Shown: in pieces, positions 39,971 to 49,911 of the stretch
How the letters are laid out: every line of letters begins with the position of its first letter
Position numbering within the stretch: the stretch's first letter is position 1
From: a virus
Length of the DNA: 64,000 bases
Virus record (IMG/VR): IMGVR_UViG_3300025280_000023
Span: 1 to 64,000 of that record
Direction: 5' to 3' (one strand)
Notes under the pieces: model-generated
Database searches by the model: none
Seen by the model: only the letters and a program-made list of their open reading frames with translations
Told to the model about the DNA's origin: nothing
Program-made: the position numbers and the translations under genes

Positions 39971-41084
39971 GCTGATGCTGCCTGTCTCTGACTTGGTATT
40001 CAAACAGGTCTCCATATAGGCTTCTAACATTGTCAATGACTTCTTTTGATTCTCTTATTATAACCTTGTAGCCTTTTTCCGCGATCTCAACAGCAAACTT
40101 TAACTCTTGTGACTCTTCAAGGATTACCGTCCCTGGCTTATACGTAACTTGTTCAATAATTACATCCTCTTCTTTGTCAGTATCCTTCAAAAACTTTTCA
40201 ACTTGAAATTTCAAATGCAAAAAATTACTCTCATCAGAAGCAACACTAATAGGTACCTTTACATCTTTTTCTTCAGCATAGGCCATTAGGGCCCTGTTGT
40301 CGCGTGGAAGGCACGGACCCCCATAACCAAAACCATACCTCAAGCACTTATTTCCAACTCTTGTATCCGTTCCTATTGCCTCCAAGACCTTATCTGCTTG
40401 TGCGCCCGCCGTTACCGCCAAATCACCAATCATATTAGCAAAGGCAATTTTGGTAGTTAGAAAACAATTAAGAGAGATCTTACATATCTCGGCGCTTAGC
40501 GGGCTCATTCTTTTAATAGAGGGTGAATTAACACAAATATTATTATAGATATTTTCCAAAGTATCGCCTATGTTTTCATTGCCTTCTCCAATTAAGACCA
40601 GATCCGGGCTTTGTTGGTCTCTTAAAATACTCCCCTGGGCAATGAACTCCGGGTTGTAGCTGGCGACGAAACCCTCGCCCTTCAACCTCTCCGTGATCTT
40701 GTCAGTGTACCCGGGCATCACCGTCGCGCAGATTATTAAATGCTTCGTCCGCGCCTGTCTCCCAGAAGAAGACAGTTTTTCAACGACCGAATCTATCTGA
40801 CTATGATCATAGCCGCCATTCGATAGCGACGGTGTGGCTACAACCACGAATAATATATCCGAGTGTTCCACCGCCTCCCTAATGTCTACAGTCGCACGAA
40901 AATTTTTAGATGCTCGCAGGTGCTCTCGTACTCCGGGCTCAGACGTAACCAACCTTTTGTCGTTAATGCTCTTAACATAATCTTCTACTATGTCTACACC
41001 AACAACATTATATCCAGATTTTTCCAATGTCAAAGCGAAACAAAGACCCAACTTGCCGATTCCGATTACCGAGACCTTTTCCAT
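39960..41084 (-). CDS. ugd: UDP-glucose/GDP-mannose 6-dehydrogenase family protein
   Basis: VIGIGKLG, VVATP, YNPEFIAQG, KISLN and catalytic GYGGPCLPRD. Confidence 0.85.
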   Translation of the reverse strand: MEKVSVIGIGKLGLCFALTLEKSGYNVVGVDIVEDYVKSINDKRLVTSEPGVREHLRASKNFRATVDIREAVEHSDILFVVVATPSLSNGGYDHSQIDSVVEKLSSSGRQARTKHLIICATVMPGYTDKITERLKGEGFVASYNPEFIAQGSILRDQQSPDLVLIGEGNENIGDTLENIYNNICVNSPSIKRMSPLSAEICKISLNCFLTTKIAFANMIGDLAVTAGAQADKVLEAIGTDTRVGNKCLRYGFGYGGPCLPRDNRALMAYAEEKDVKVPISVASDESNFLHLKFQVEKFLKDTDKEEDVIIEQVTYKPGTVILEESQELKFAVEIAEKGYKVIIRESKEVIDNVRSLYGDLFEYQVRDRQHQHAA

Positions 41085-41085
41085 C

Positions 41086-41919
41086 TTACCCTTCCTCGTT
41101 TTCCAGCTTGGCTCTTATTAGCATATGCCACCCAACCTCGTCAGACATTTCTTCAAACTTTTCCTCTGTCATACTCTTAAAACAGTCCCTGACAACATAG
41201 TTCCCCTTTATATACTCCGGTACGTCGTATGGGAAAACATGGGTTTTTTTAATTTCTTCAACATTAAAGCCCTCTAATAATTTTTTGGCTTCGAGAAAAG
41301 TATAGGTATATGCCCTGGGACAGTTCGTTTGCGCTTCCGCATATTTCCGAATTATATCATCCGAATTTGAAAAATCCCAGCTTTCGGTTTCCCTCATAAA
41401 ATCAAAAAGCTTAAAACTGTACTTTGCGTAAAGCATCAAGCGGAACTCAGCGCCTGGTTTTAAGACTTTTTTAACTTCATTGACAATATCGGCGGGCTGA
41501 TCCGTATGATGAATAACACCGAAAGAATAGACAAGATCAAATTTTTCATTTTGACGGCCTAAAACACGTACAAGGTCCTCCGCGTTTCCATGAAGAAGCC
41601 TGGCATCCAGCCCATAAGTTTTAAACCTCTTGCGACATAGGTCTAAGCTTTTTTTGGACAACTCAACGACCGTTAAGTCCGCTCCGTGGCGTACAAAATT
41701 TATGCTATCAGTCCCAATCCCACAGCCTATTTCTAAAACCCTCTTACCTTTCCACTTTTCAAATTCGGCAAACTTTGGGATGTGTGGCTCGACAAAGTAT
41801 TTCTTCTTTTCAACTTCATCAAAGTACTCTCTTGTACCGATCTCTTTTTTAGAATGTCTAATGTTACAAGGGCGATGATCCCAAAAGGCCTCAATCTTAT
41901 CTATTAATAAGGTTTTCAT
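41086..41919 (-). CDS. Class I SAM-dependent methyltransferase
   Basis: [21 protein letters not shown] and VLKPGAE. Confidence 0.9.
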   Translation of the reverse strand: MKTLLIDKIEAFWDHRPCNIRHSKKEIGTREYFDEVEKKKYFVEPHIPKFAEFEKWKGKRVLEIGCGIGTDSINFVRHGADLTVVELSKKSLDLCRKRFKTYGLDARLLHGNAEDLVRVLGRQNEKFDLVYSFGVIHHTDQPADIVNEVKKVLKPGAEFRLMLYAKYSFKLFDFMRETESWDFSNSDDIIRKYAEAQTNCPRAYTYTFLEAKKLLEGFNVEEIKKTHVFPYDVPEYIKGNYVVRDCFKSMTEEKFEEMSDEVGWHMLIRAKLENEEG

Positions 41920-42452
41920 TTAACCGCCTCTACATTCAAACTAATGAGCATTCCATTTTCTTTATCCATGTGAGGTTGATATCCTTGGCTATTATCATCA
42001 ACATGTGCGTGCTCTGTTTCACGCCAATCATATCGGTACACTTCTCTAAACCCAACTTCTTCTAGGTCTTGGCTTAACGAATCAAAATCCCAACACCAAT
42101 GATGGAAATTATTTTCATAATCTTGCCCGCCATAAAGAGATCCCCTTAACAAAGGAAGGTCCTTGTGCTTCTGGTAATGCAAACAAATTTTTTCAAAGTC
42201 CGGGACCGCGACCCTTAAAATCCCACCCGGCTTTAAGATATCAAACCATCTTCTTAAAACAGAGCCGTATTCCCACCTAGTAAAATGCTCTAGGACATGA
42301 GATGCGTAAATCAAGTCCGCAGAATTTTTAGGGTACTTCCTGGCGTGTAAATACCTTATATCAGCTACGGCATCAACTGTCGGCATGTGCATGCTGTCTA
42401 TATTGACAAATCCATCGAGATGAACATCTCCACATCCCAAGTGTAGTTTCAT
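41916..42452 (-). CDS. SAM-dependent methyltransferase (Methyltransf_11-like)
   Basis: Likely start MKLHLGCG at 42452. IYASHVLEH and [13 protein letters not shown]. Confidence 0.88.
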   Translation of the reverse strand: MKLHLGCGDVHLDGFVNIDSMHMPTVDAVADIRYLHARKYPKNSADLIYASHVLEHFTRWEYGSVLRRWFDILKPGGILRVAVPDFEKICLHYQKHKDLPLLRGSLYGGQDYENNFHHWCWDFDSLSQDLEEVGFREVYRYDWRETEHAHVDDNSQGYQPHMDKENGMLISLNVEAVK

Positions 42453-42453
42453 T

Positions 42454-43233
42454 TCACTTCCCCCAGCAAAAAGACGGATTAAGTACAAGCCTATTTTTTT
42501 GCTCTTCCGAAAGGCCCCTATGGTGGTCTTTTTCAATATATGAGTCTTTATCATTTAAATTCATAATCTTAAATCGACCATCATTCAGATCACTTCTCAA
42601 AAAGACTAAATTATTTCTTTTGCAAAAAGCCACTAAGTCATAGCCTTTATAATGACCCAGCCTTTCAAGGGCCGACGCCGAAGCTCCAAAAAATTGAGAC
42701 TCATCCCAGCAATGTAACTCATCATAGGGTATACTAATTCTCTCTTCCCAATTTGAGTTATACTCTATTATAACAACCTTGGGTCTGTACTTCAATTCTG
42801 CCCAAACCCAATAATCGTTCCCATCTATATCAATAGATAATAGATCAAAATCACTTTGTACAAGATTTTTCTTTAGAATTGAATCAAGTTCTTGTCCTTC
42901 ATTCAAACTAATAAACGCTTTTTCGCAAGTAACCTTTTTAAAGCTATTCATAGATTCTTTTAAAGTATTAAATCTAGCTTCGTCACCTTCAATTAAAAGA
43001 GCCCGCCACCCTTTTTTAATCCATCTATAAGAATTGCTCCAATATTTTTCTTCCCACCAGCCATTTCCAGCGCCTAATTCCACAACAACTTTATCTTTGG
43101 CATCTATTGATTCAAAGATTTTTTCTACCACCCCATCTTCACCATCAGTACTATAATAACCCTCCTCTTCCGAGGCTCCTTTCTGAGGGTGTCCGTCAAC
43201 AAAACCCGCTTTGTGTAAAGAAAGATCAATCAC
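42454..43233 (-). CDS. FkbM-like methyltransferase
   Basis: GEDG, VELGAGNG, LLIEGD, FDLLSIDIDGNDYWVW, PKVVIIEYN and GASASAL. Confidence 0.8.
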   Translation of the reverse strand: MIDLSLHKAGFVDGHPQKGASEEEGYYSTDGEDGVVEKIFESIDAKDKVVVELGAGNGWWEEKYWSNSYRWIKKGWRALLIEGDEARFNTLKESMNSFKKVTCEKAFISLNEGQELDSILKKNLVQSDFDLLSIDIDGNDYWVWAELKYRPKVVIIEYNSNWEERISIPYDELHCWDESQFFGASASALERLGHYKGYDLVAFCKRNNLVFLRSDLNDGRFKIMNLNDKDSYIEKDHHRGLSEEQKNRLVLNPSFCWGK

Positions 43234-44284
43234 GATTCGACTTTTTATATAGGGTTATTTCATGTTGGGGAATCCAGTCTCTAACAAAGTCGCTATAATG
43301 TTTCATGCCTCCATTAAATTTGGTAAATACTTTCCACACTTCCAGATATTTTTCCCATTCCTGTTTCCACGGATTGCTCACCTCATAAGGCGCAGAGCCG
43401 GGAGTGTGTATCAAATTTTCAGCGCTAACCCCCTCTTCCCTCCCCTCGATTCCTCTAAGCCACTCCGTATTGTGAGGAATCGCGAAGTGCTCCATAAATT
43501 TAGGCTTCACAGCGAGACCTTTATCAATCAAATGTTGTTTTTGAGAAATATCTCCAAGCCTCTCTTGCGGATGCCCAGGGCCTTCCCAGCGTTCAGATTT
43601 TTCCCAGCAATTCCAAAACCATCCATCAGTCTCTTCTATAAGCCTATTTTTATTAACCGTATGTAACCCTTGGCTTTCGCGCGAATCCGTATAATACGCT
43701 CCCCTGTACGCAACCGCTAGACTATCAAAGTTCTTACCCAACGAAGCCAACAAATATTCAAACTCCAGTCTGTGGGCTGCTTTTCTAATTCCCTCGTGAT
43801 TGTTTTGGAATCCTTCAACCCATATTTCGTTTCTGTCACTAGACCGTTGTTCATCAATAAACTTGATAATTCTAGCGCATTGTTCTCTACCCATTATATC
43901 GCAATGCTGGTACGTCACCCAATCAGTCCTCGCAAGGTAAAGCCCAAGATTCCACTGGATGCCAGTGTCATACGCGGGATACTGGCTTCGGTTTTTTTCC
44001 AAATTCATGCAATAAACATCTAGAAAATCATATTTAAGCACTATGGGATTTGGCTTGTCGGTCCACTCAATCCATATAAAATCAACATCCTCAGAGTTAT
44101 ATTGGTTTTGACAGCACTTCAGTGCCAGATCAATATAGCCCTCCCTATAGAGAGCGTCCCACATAACAACCGTTAGCCGCTTCTCTTCATTTTCATACGG
44201 AGCCGGGGTAAAGAAGTTCCAAGTCGGCTTATCGCAGGGACTCCACGACCATTCAGGTACTATTATTTTTTTCTCATCACTCAT
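43226..44284 (-). CDS. Divergent glycosyltransferase-like protein (GT-A fold, tentative)
   Basis: 352 aa inside the glycan operon. DFIWIE, WNLGLYLARTDWVTYQHCD parallels the GT2 pattern N.G...A..D.....D.D. Confidence 0.5.
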   Translation of the reverse strand: MSDEKKIIVPEWSWSPCDKPTWNFFTPAPYENEEKRLTVVMWDALYREGYIDLALKCCQNQYNSEDVDFIWIEWTDKPNPIVLKYDFLDVYCMNLEKNRSQYPAYDTGIQWNLGLYLARTDWVTYQHCDIMGREQCARIIKFIDEQRSSDRNEIWVEGFQNNHEGIRKAAHRLEFEYLLASLGKNFDSLAVAYRGAYYTDSRESQGLHTVNKNRLIEETDGWFWNCWEKSERWEGPGHPQERLGDISQKQHLIDKGLAVKPKFMEHFAIPHNTEWLRGIEGREEGVSAENLIHTPGSAPYEVSNPWKQEWEKYLEVWKVFTKFNGGMKHYSDFVRDWIPQHEITLYKKSNRD

Positions 44285-44972
44285 AAATAATCTCCAAATT
44301 AGGGGCTTTTGGCAATTCAGCGACAGTAATCATCTTAAAATCAACCTCAGGGTTTCTCTTAACAACATCCATAAAATGACCAACCATATCTGTATTCTTC
44401 ATCTTACGCTGCTGGTTTTCTAACGAATTATGCCATGGGCGTCTAAACAGGTAATCTTCTTGATAAAAATCTAATCCAACAACCCAAAGATTTTTAGGCT
44501 TCAAAAAATCAGCGGCATATATAACAGCTAGAACTCCAGTGTTCGGATGCTTCTTCTTGTATTTGCCATCTCCAGGCTTAAGATAAAACTTATCATCAAA
44601 ATAGTCATTATATTCAAGTAGCCTCTCAGGAAGCATATGACAGGTTAATTCCAGACTTTCATAATACTGCTTCATATGTGTCAACTCTGGATCAAGCTCA
44701 GCCTTTGAGAACTGTATATTCTCGATACCAAGCTCCCTGTAGTGCTCCGGTAGCAGCGGCGCTGTATGAAGTCTGTTTACGAAATGTGCAACGCGCTTAT
44801 CTTTAAGTTCGGGTGCGATAATTGAGTATTCGGAATCTTCATTATCAACATTTTTATCGATATTATTAACAATAAAACAATCTTGAAAATTACTAGAAAA
44901 CTCCGGAAGTCTCGCCACGCTAGCACCCTTGAGGACAACGCCAAAGTTATTCAAGTTTTTTTTAAAGTACAT
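44277..44972 (-). CDS. Sialyltransferase-like protein (GT29/GT42/Maf-related fold, tentative)
   Basis: N-terminal VVLKGASV, then PNTGVLAVIYAADFLKPKNLWVVGLDFY and a downstream His. This resembles sialylmotif S and the CstII/Maf 'G.DF' motif. It shares an operon with neuA and neuB. Confidence 0.55.
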   Translation of the reverse strand: MYFKKNLNNFGVVLKGASVARLPEFSSNFQDCFIVNNIDKNVDNEDSEYSIIAPELKDKRVAHFVNRLHTAPLLPEHYRELGIENIQFSKAELDPELTHMKQYYESLELTCHMLPERLLEYNDYFDDKFYLKPGDGKYKKKHPNTGVLAVIYAADFLKPKNLWVVGLDFYQEDYLFRRPWHNSLENQQRKMKNTDMVGHFMDVVKRNPEVDFKMITVAELPKAPNLEIIYE

Positions 44973-45824
44973 CTACCCTTCCCTAGTGACCATAAAGCTG
45001 CGCACGATCTTTTTGCTGCCCTGCTCCCAGTGCTCCTGGCAAGCAAACTTAAGCAGGTGTTCGTTGCTAATATTATTATATATTCCGCGATGAAACCCGT
45101 CTGTATAGACACTCTGCACAGGCTCATATCCTGCCATTTCAAAAAGCTGCGGTTGCGGAACAGGTGTCGCTACGACATATCTAGAATCAAAACCAATCTT
45201 AAAATATTCCTTAAGGATCTTAACAAAATCGTTATCCTCATTATATAATGCCGGGTGTACCTCAACTAGCATACTGGTGTATCCCTCGTTTTTTGAAAAA
45301 TAATCAAGGCCGCTTTCAAATATCTTCACTTCGTGGCCTTCGACATCCATTTTAATAAAATTGGGATATCTCCTCCCCTCTAAAAAGCTCGTCAGCGTAT
45401 AGCACGGAACAGATATCTTATTGGTGCTATACTTATTCTTTGTTACGCTACTGAGGTTCGGCTTGCTGGCTTCCCAGAAATCTATTTCTCCATTGTTATC
45501 ACTTATTGCGCAATGAACAGTTTCATGATTTTCATATCCATTCTCCTCAATGTTTTCTTTCAAGAGCTTTAAATTTCTAGGATCGGGCTCAATTGCATAC
45601 ACAAATCCGTCATCTCCACAGTTTTCTAGCATATAAAGGGTCGTATAACCGATATTACTACCCAAGTCAACACACGTCATTCCCTCTTCAACCTCATTCT
45701 GTAGCAGGCCCATAAAGGCAAGCTCCCGCTGGCCCTGGTGGTACAATACTGCCGAGATTCCCCCATCTTCAACATCAAGGTTCATCATGTGGTTTCCAAT
45801 GCGCTTCTTAAGAACGTTAGACAT
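44973..45824 (-). CDS. FkbM family methyltransferase
   Basis: VDLGSNIGY, VYAIEP, AISD and IKMDVEGHE. Confidence 0.9.
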   Translation of the reverse strand: MSNVLKKRIGNHMMNLDVEDGGISAVLYHQGQRELAFMGLLQNEVEEGMTCVDLGSNIGYTTLYMLENCGDDGFVYAIEPDPRNLKLLKENIEENGYENHETVHCAISDNNGEIDFWEASKPNLSSVTKNKYSTNKISVPCYTLTSFLEGRRYPNFIKMDVEGHEVKIFESGLDYFSKNEGYTSMLVEVHPALYNEDNDFVKILKEYFKIGFDSRYVVATPVPQPQLFEMAGYEPVQSVYTDGFHRGIYNNISNEHLLKFACQEHWEQGSKKIVRSFMVTREG

Positions 45825-46500
45825 TCAACTCTCCATTAATCCTATTATCAATAGCGCTTAATACTAAATCAAGCATATTTACATTTTTATCGTGCCCTAT
45901 AATTGTATAGGTAGTGCCTTCCGGCGTAGAATCAAATCTTCCCGTCGCAGAAAATTTATGCAAAAATATGTCGTTATTTTCTAGTAAGGCGTAGTAGTCG
46001 CCTTTAACAGGGAGTAGTTCAGAAATTTTTTCAATATCATGTCCAGCGCCACAAAAAATATCCACATGTTTTACTAAATCGCTTTTAACTAGGTCCTGGA
46101 ACACTTCGTACTCCGCCCCCTCAATATTCATTTTTATAATATTGATATCATCTTTAAATGTTGGGACATTATCTAGAATCCACTCAGAAAATAAAATTGA
46201 TTCCACATCTTCACTTTCACTTGTGACATTCTTTTTTGTACTAAAAAGCGAATGGCCTAAGTTATTCGGAGCGTGATATAGTTTTCTATTCCCCGGCTTG
46301 CCTGAAACAGCGTAATTAAAAATTTTGATATTGTCTTTTTTAAGCCACGGAATATTACTAACCGCTTCATAGTGCTCACGACATGCCTCAAAGCCATATG
46401 CAAAAAAATTATCAAATCCTATCTCTGGGATTATACGTTCCGCCATGACCGTTAATTCGGTCCCATGATACAGTCCAAGATCAAAGTAATTAATCCTCAT
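45817..46500 (-). CDS. FkbM-like methyltransferase
   Basis: YFDLGLYHG, YGFEA, NYAVS and IIKMNIEGAEY. Confidence 0.8.
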   Translation of the reverse strand: MRINYFDLGLYHGTELTVMAERIIPEIGFDNFFAYGFEACREHYEAVSNIPWLKKDNIKIFNYAVSGKPGNRKLYHAPNNLGHSLFSTKKNVTSESEDVESILFSEWILDNVPTFKDDINIIKMNIEGAEYEVFQDLVKSDLVKHVDIFCGAGHDIEKISELLPVKGDYYALLENNDIFLHKFSATGRFDSTPEGTTYTIIGHDKNVNMLDLVLSAIDNRINGELNV

Positions 46501-47404
46501 CTATTACCCCTGACAAAAAATCGCCGTACTTCTCTGAAGTATTTACCATATCAATATCAGTATCGCAATCATTTATGTATTGCTTGCTAAAATCCAAAGG
46601 CCTGGAAACATTGACTTCTTCTGGACTAAGATCCCAGTGATCTTCAATAACAATAGCGCCCTTTCCGGCGATCTCTTTTGTTCCGCCTACGGAAGAACAC
46701 ACAATCTCACAGCCACACGCACGAGCGTCCACAACAACGTTGGGACAGTTATCATATCTCCCAAGATGAACAAGTGTATCCGACGCCTTATAGACCCCTA
46801 AAAGCTCGGACGTAGATAATTCCCCAAGATATTTAAGCTTACTATCCTCAACCACCTGTTCCGTTTCTCCGGCAATCAACATGACATCGTTTTCAGATGA
46901 ATTCTCTAAAAAATATCTTATATTTTCATCCAATCTTTTGAACGGCCTCCAATGTGAGGCTGCGCACCACACCTTGCCATTTTTATTTCTTATCACATGC
47001 GGAGGAGTGTTTTTTATGGCCTCCATATCCGCTCCGTTATGGATAATAGTAGAGTTTTTATGTTCTCCAAAATATTTAAAAACGAGTTCCTTGCTAAACC
47101 TAGACTGAAACACTACCGCATCAGAATTCCGATAAGTTCCGAGTATATTTTGGTTTTTTATTGCAAAATTATCGGTGGGATCAAAATAAATACCATCCAG
47201 CCTCTGTACCATTGGTATGTATCCGTCGGTTGCATTTTTTAATCGCCCATATAAGCTTTCTACAAAAGCCAAATGAACATCGGGAATGCTACCAGGGTGG
47301 TAAAGTTCATGCCCCATTTTCAATAGCTGCTTAACAAGCTTGCTCGCAAAGTGGTTTGGCCCCGTTGTTGACTCGATATTAACATTGTCCAAAAAAATAT
47401 TCAT
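46490..47404 (-). CDS. Glycosyltransferase family 4 (GT-B)
   Basis: Likely start MNIFLDN at 47404. QRLDG, FQSRFS, IIHNG, WRPFKR and DNCPNVVVDARACG (variant of EX7E). Confidence 0.85.
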   Translation of the reverse strand: MNIFLDNVNIESTTGPNHFASKLVKQLLKMGHELYHPGSIPDVHLAFVESLYGRLKNATDGYIPMVQRLDGIYFDPTDNFAIKNQNILGTYRNSDAVVFQSRFSKELVFKYFGEHKNSTIIHNGADMEAIKNTPPHVIRNKNGKVWCAASHWRPFKRLDENIRYFLENSSENDVMLIAGETEQVVEDSKLKYLGELSTSELLGVYKASDTLVHLGRYDNCPNVVVDARACGCEIVCSSVGGTKEIAGKGAIVIEDHWDLSPEEVNVSRPLDFSKQYINDCDTDIDMVNTSEKYGDFLSGVIDED

Positions 47405-48015
47405 TTCTTTTCCGCTACAACAACCTGGCACTCCACTTGGACCGGGCAGATATACTGCTGTTTAATATCAAAGAATTGTGACATATACTCTTGAAGCTCA
47501 CCAAGCGTCCACTCCCTAATGTGCATCTTGTTGTAAGGAGGGCCATTTTCCTCCACCTCCCACCCAAAGCTTCTTTGTAGTCCTTGTATAGCGCCTCTCT
47601 CCGGCGTAGATAAAACCAGAGTCTTAAAGTTCACTTTATTTATAAACCTTAAAAGCTCATCAGGATCTAAAACATGCTCAAGTACATCAGAACATATAAT
47701 TAAATCTACTTCGTCTTGAGGAGGATTATTAAAATCAGACTCTCGAAAATCATATAATGGGTACTTCTTTTTAATAAAAGATAGATTGGGTTCAAGTTCC
47801 AGCCCTATTATTTTTTTATCTCTAAAAAACTTCACAAGCTTATATGCGGAGCCGCATCCAATATCTAAAATTGTTTTATAGGATTCCTGATCGCATATAG
47901 TCCTGGCCTTCTGATAAACCTCTCTTTGGAATTGGTCCGTATGCTCCATCTGTTCACAAGTAACATACTCTTCTCTATGAATGTACCCCTCTTTTATGTT
48001 GTATACTTTATCCAT
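47401..48015 (-). CDS. Class I SAM-dependent methyltransferase
   Basis: Likely start MDKVY at 48015. ILDIGCG, DLIICSDVLEHV, LSTPER and HIREW. Confidence 0.88.
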   Translation of the reverse strand: MDKVYNIKEGYIHREEYVTCEQMEHTDQFQREVYQKARTICDQESYKTILDIGCGSAYKLVKFFRDKKIIGLELEPNLSFIKKKYPLYDFRESDFNNPPQDEVDLIICSDVLEHVLDPDELLRFINKVNFKTLVLSTPERGAIQGLQRSFGWEVEENGPPYNKMHIREWTLGELQEYMSQFFDIKQQYICPVQVECQVVVAEKK

Positions 48016-49171
48016 TGTACAAAACCTCATCTAAATACTCAACCGTGCTTTCATAACTTAAAACCCTGGACCAGTCTTTTGTCTTCTTGGCTATGCGATC
48101 ATAGTAATCTTTATCCGAACTAAGTCTTTCAAGCTCTTTTTCAAGCTGCTCTTCATTTCTGACATCTATCGCCGGCATGTCTGCGTACCTTCCGACCGCC
48201 TTCGTGTCCTGTAGGGAGCAGATCGTGGGGACACCAAAATACATCGCCTCAAGGCCGGATTTTCCAACACCTCCACATGTGTCAGTAATTTTATCTATAC
48301 AAACGTGTGATTGCGCCTTTTCAATTATTATATCTTTGTTTGGTAATTGGTTTTCTTTTCCGTATATATTGATCTTTACTTTAGGGATTTTGCTCGCAAC
48401 TTTTTTAACTATATCGCTTCCTTTCTTGTGTGATTCTCGAAGGCCCGGAGTGTGTATTACAGAAAACTCTCCTTTCTTTTTTTCACTAATATACTTAAAA
48501 TCATAAGTTTGCATCAGAGGAAGAGACTCGCGATGCAACCCTACCAAATCTAGCATCGCAAACGCCTGGATATTAAATATGTCTATATATCTGTTAAGGT
48601 TTTCACTATTCTCCCTATACGTTGTATCCGTCCACCAAGACGCTAGTCTTCCGGTAAGCCGCTTCGTGTATTCTTCAACAATACGAAGCTTTTCATTCGT
48701 CGTATGCAGAGAATCCGGAAATATTATTTCTAAAAGTGTTTCCCAGTCTCTAAAAAGGCCTTTGCTTTTCGCAGCCAAACAAAGGCCGATAAAAGACATC
48801 CGGCCTAGAGTATAAGGAGTCCCATTTTCTTCAGACAGATCCGTTATTTGTATTTTGTCCTCGACTCTATATTCTCTACAATAATCAAGTTTAAACAGGA
48901 TCTCAAGCATATCAAGTGAGCGTCCAGAAATACCAAAAAAATATATATCCGGATCATATAGCGCTTCAAGTAAGTATTCTATACTTTCTAATGAAGTTAA
49001 ATCGCTCCAATATTTCTTTTGTTCTTTTTTTAAAAACCCATACGGTATACTATCCGCATAGATGCCCTCCGCCGTAAACCGGCGCGAGTGTTCGTTAATC
49101 GCTTCTATAAGGTTTCCAGATGCACCATACGAAGGGGAAGGCGCAATTATTATTAATTTTTTTTTGTTCAT
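48008..49171 (-). CDS. Glycosyltransferase-like protein (GT-B C-terminal domain)
   Basis: HTP...KKGS, CIDK, GVGKSGLEAMYFGVPTI. Confidence 0.7.
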   Translation of the reverse strand: MNKKKLIIIAPSPSYGASGNLIEAINEHSRRFTAEGIYADSIPYGFLKKEQKKYWSDLTSLESIEYLLEALYDPDIYFFGISGRSLDMLEILFKLDYCREYRVEDKIQITDLSEENGTPYTLGRMSFIGLCLAAKSKGLFRDWETLLEIIFPDSLHTTNEKLRIVEEYTKRLTGRLASWWTDTTYRENSENLNRYIDIFNIQAFAMLDLVGLHRESLPLMQTYDFKYISEKKKGEFSVIHTPGLRESHKKGSDIVKKVASKIPKVKINIYGKENQLPNKDIIIEKAQSHVCIDKITDTCGGVGKSGLEAMYFGVPTICSLQDTKAVGRYADMPAIDVRNEEQLEKELERLSSDKDYYDRIAKKTKDWSRVLSYESTVEYLDEVLYNG

Positions 49172-49911
49172 TCTAATCCTACGAGCCTATCATAGGGCCT
49201 TTTGGCCCTTATGTCTCTTTCAATGCGAAGCTGCTCCCCTCTGTGTACTCTATCGACCGATATGGGATTTTCTCTATTATAGACATATAGCACATCATAA
49301 ATTGGACAAAAGTGCTCAGGACCAGCCATCTCCACCATAGGATACATCATTGCTTGATCAAATGTACATTTATAGAAGTTACCGTCATGATCAAACATAT
49401 CCTCTTTATTTACTTTTAAAAATAGTTCACGGCGAAATGTCCTCAGGTGAGAAATTGTCCAAGCGTGCCTTCTAATATTGCCATCCCAGAACCCCTTATT
49501 TATTTGAGGCGACGATACAAGCCCATTAGAATTATCAATATATGAACCAGCAGTTATCCATACATCCGGCGTATATATTTCATTCAATCTTGCAAGAACG
49601 TCATGATTAGGAAACCAATCATCACCGTCCAAAGTAATAATTATACTTTCACGGTGAGATCGCACAATCTCGTTATATATGTTTTCTAAGGCCTTCTTGT
49701 TAATCTTGTTTTTTTCATAATGAAAATTTTCAGGATCTCCCAAGTTATCAATAGTGTTACTGACAACCGCATCGGTCTCATCGGTAGAGCAGTCGTTTAT
49801 ATACGCGACATCGAAGTTATCATATTTTTGTGCCAGAGCAGACCTAACGTTTTTTTCTGCCCATTGCTCAACATTGTACGCAGGTATCACTATCGTAAAA
49901 TGTTGTTCCAT
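49168..49911 (-). CDS. Glycosyltransferase family 2
   Basis: IVIPAYN, INDCSTD, TLDGDDW, SHLRTFR and LYVYN. Confidence 0.9.
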   Translation of the reverse strand: MEQHFTIVIPAYNVEQWAEKNVRSALAQKYDNFDVAYINDCSTDETDAVVSNTIDNLGDPENFHYEKNKINKKALENIYNEIVRSHRESIIITLDGDDWFPNHDVLARLNEIYTPDVWITAGSYIDNSNGLVSSPQINKGFWDGNIRRHAWTISHLRTFRRELFLKVNKEDMFDHDGNFYKCTFDQAMMYPMVEMAGPEHFCPIYDVLYVYNRENPISVDRVHRGEQLRIERDIRAKRPYDRLVGLE

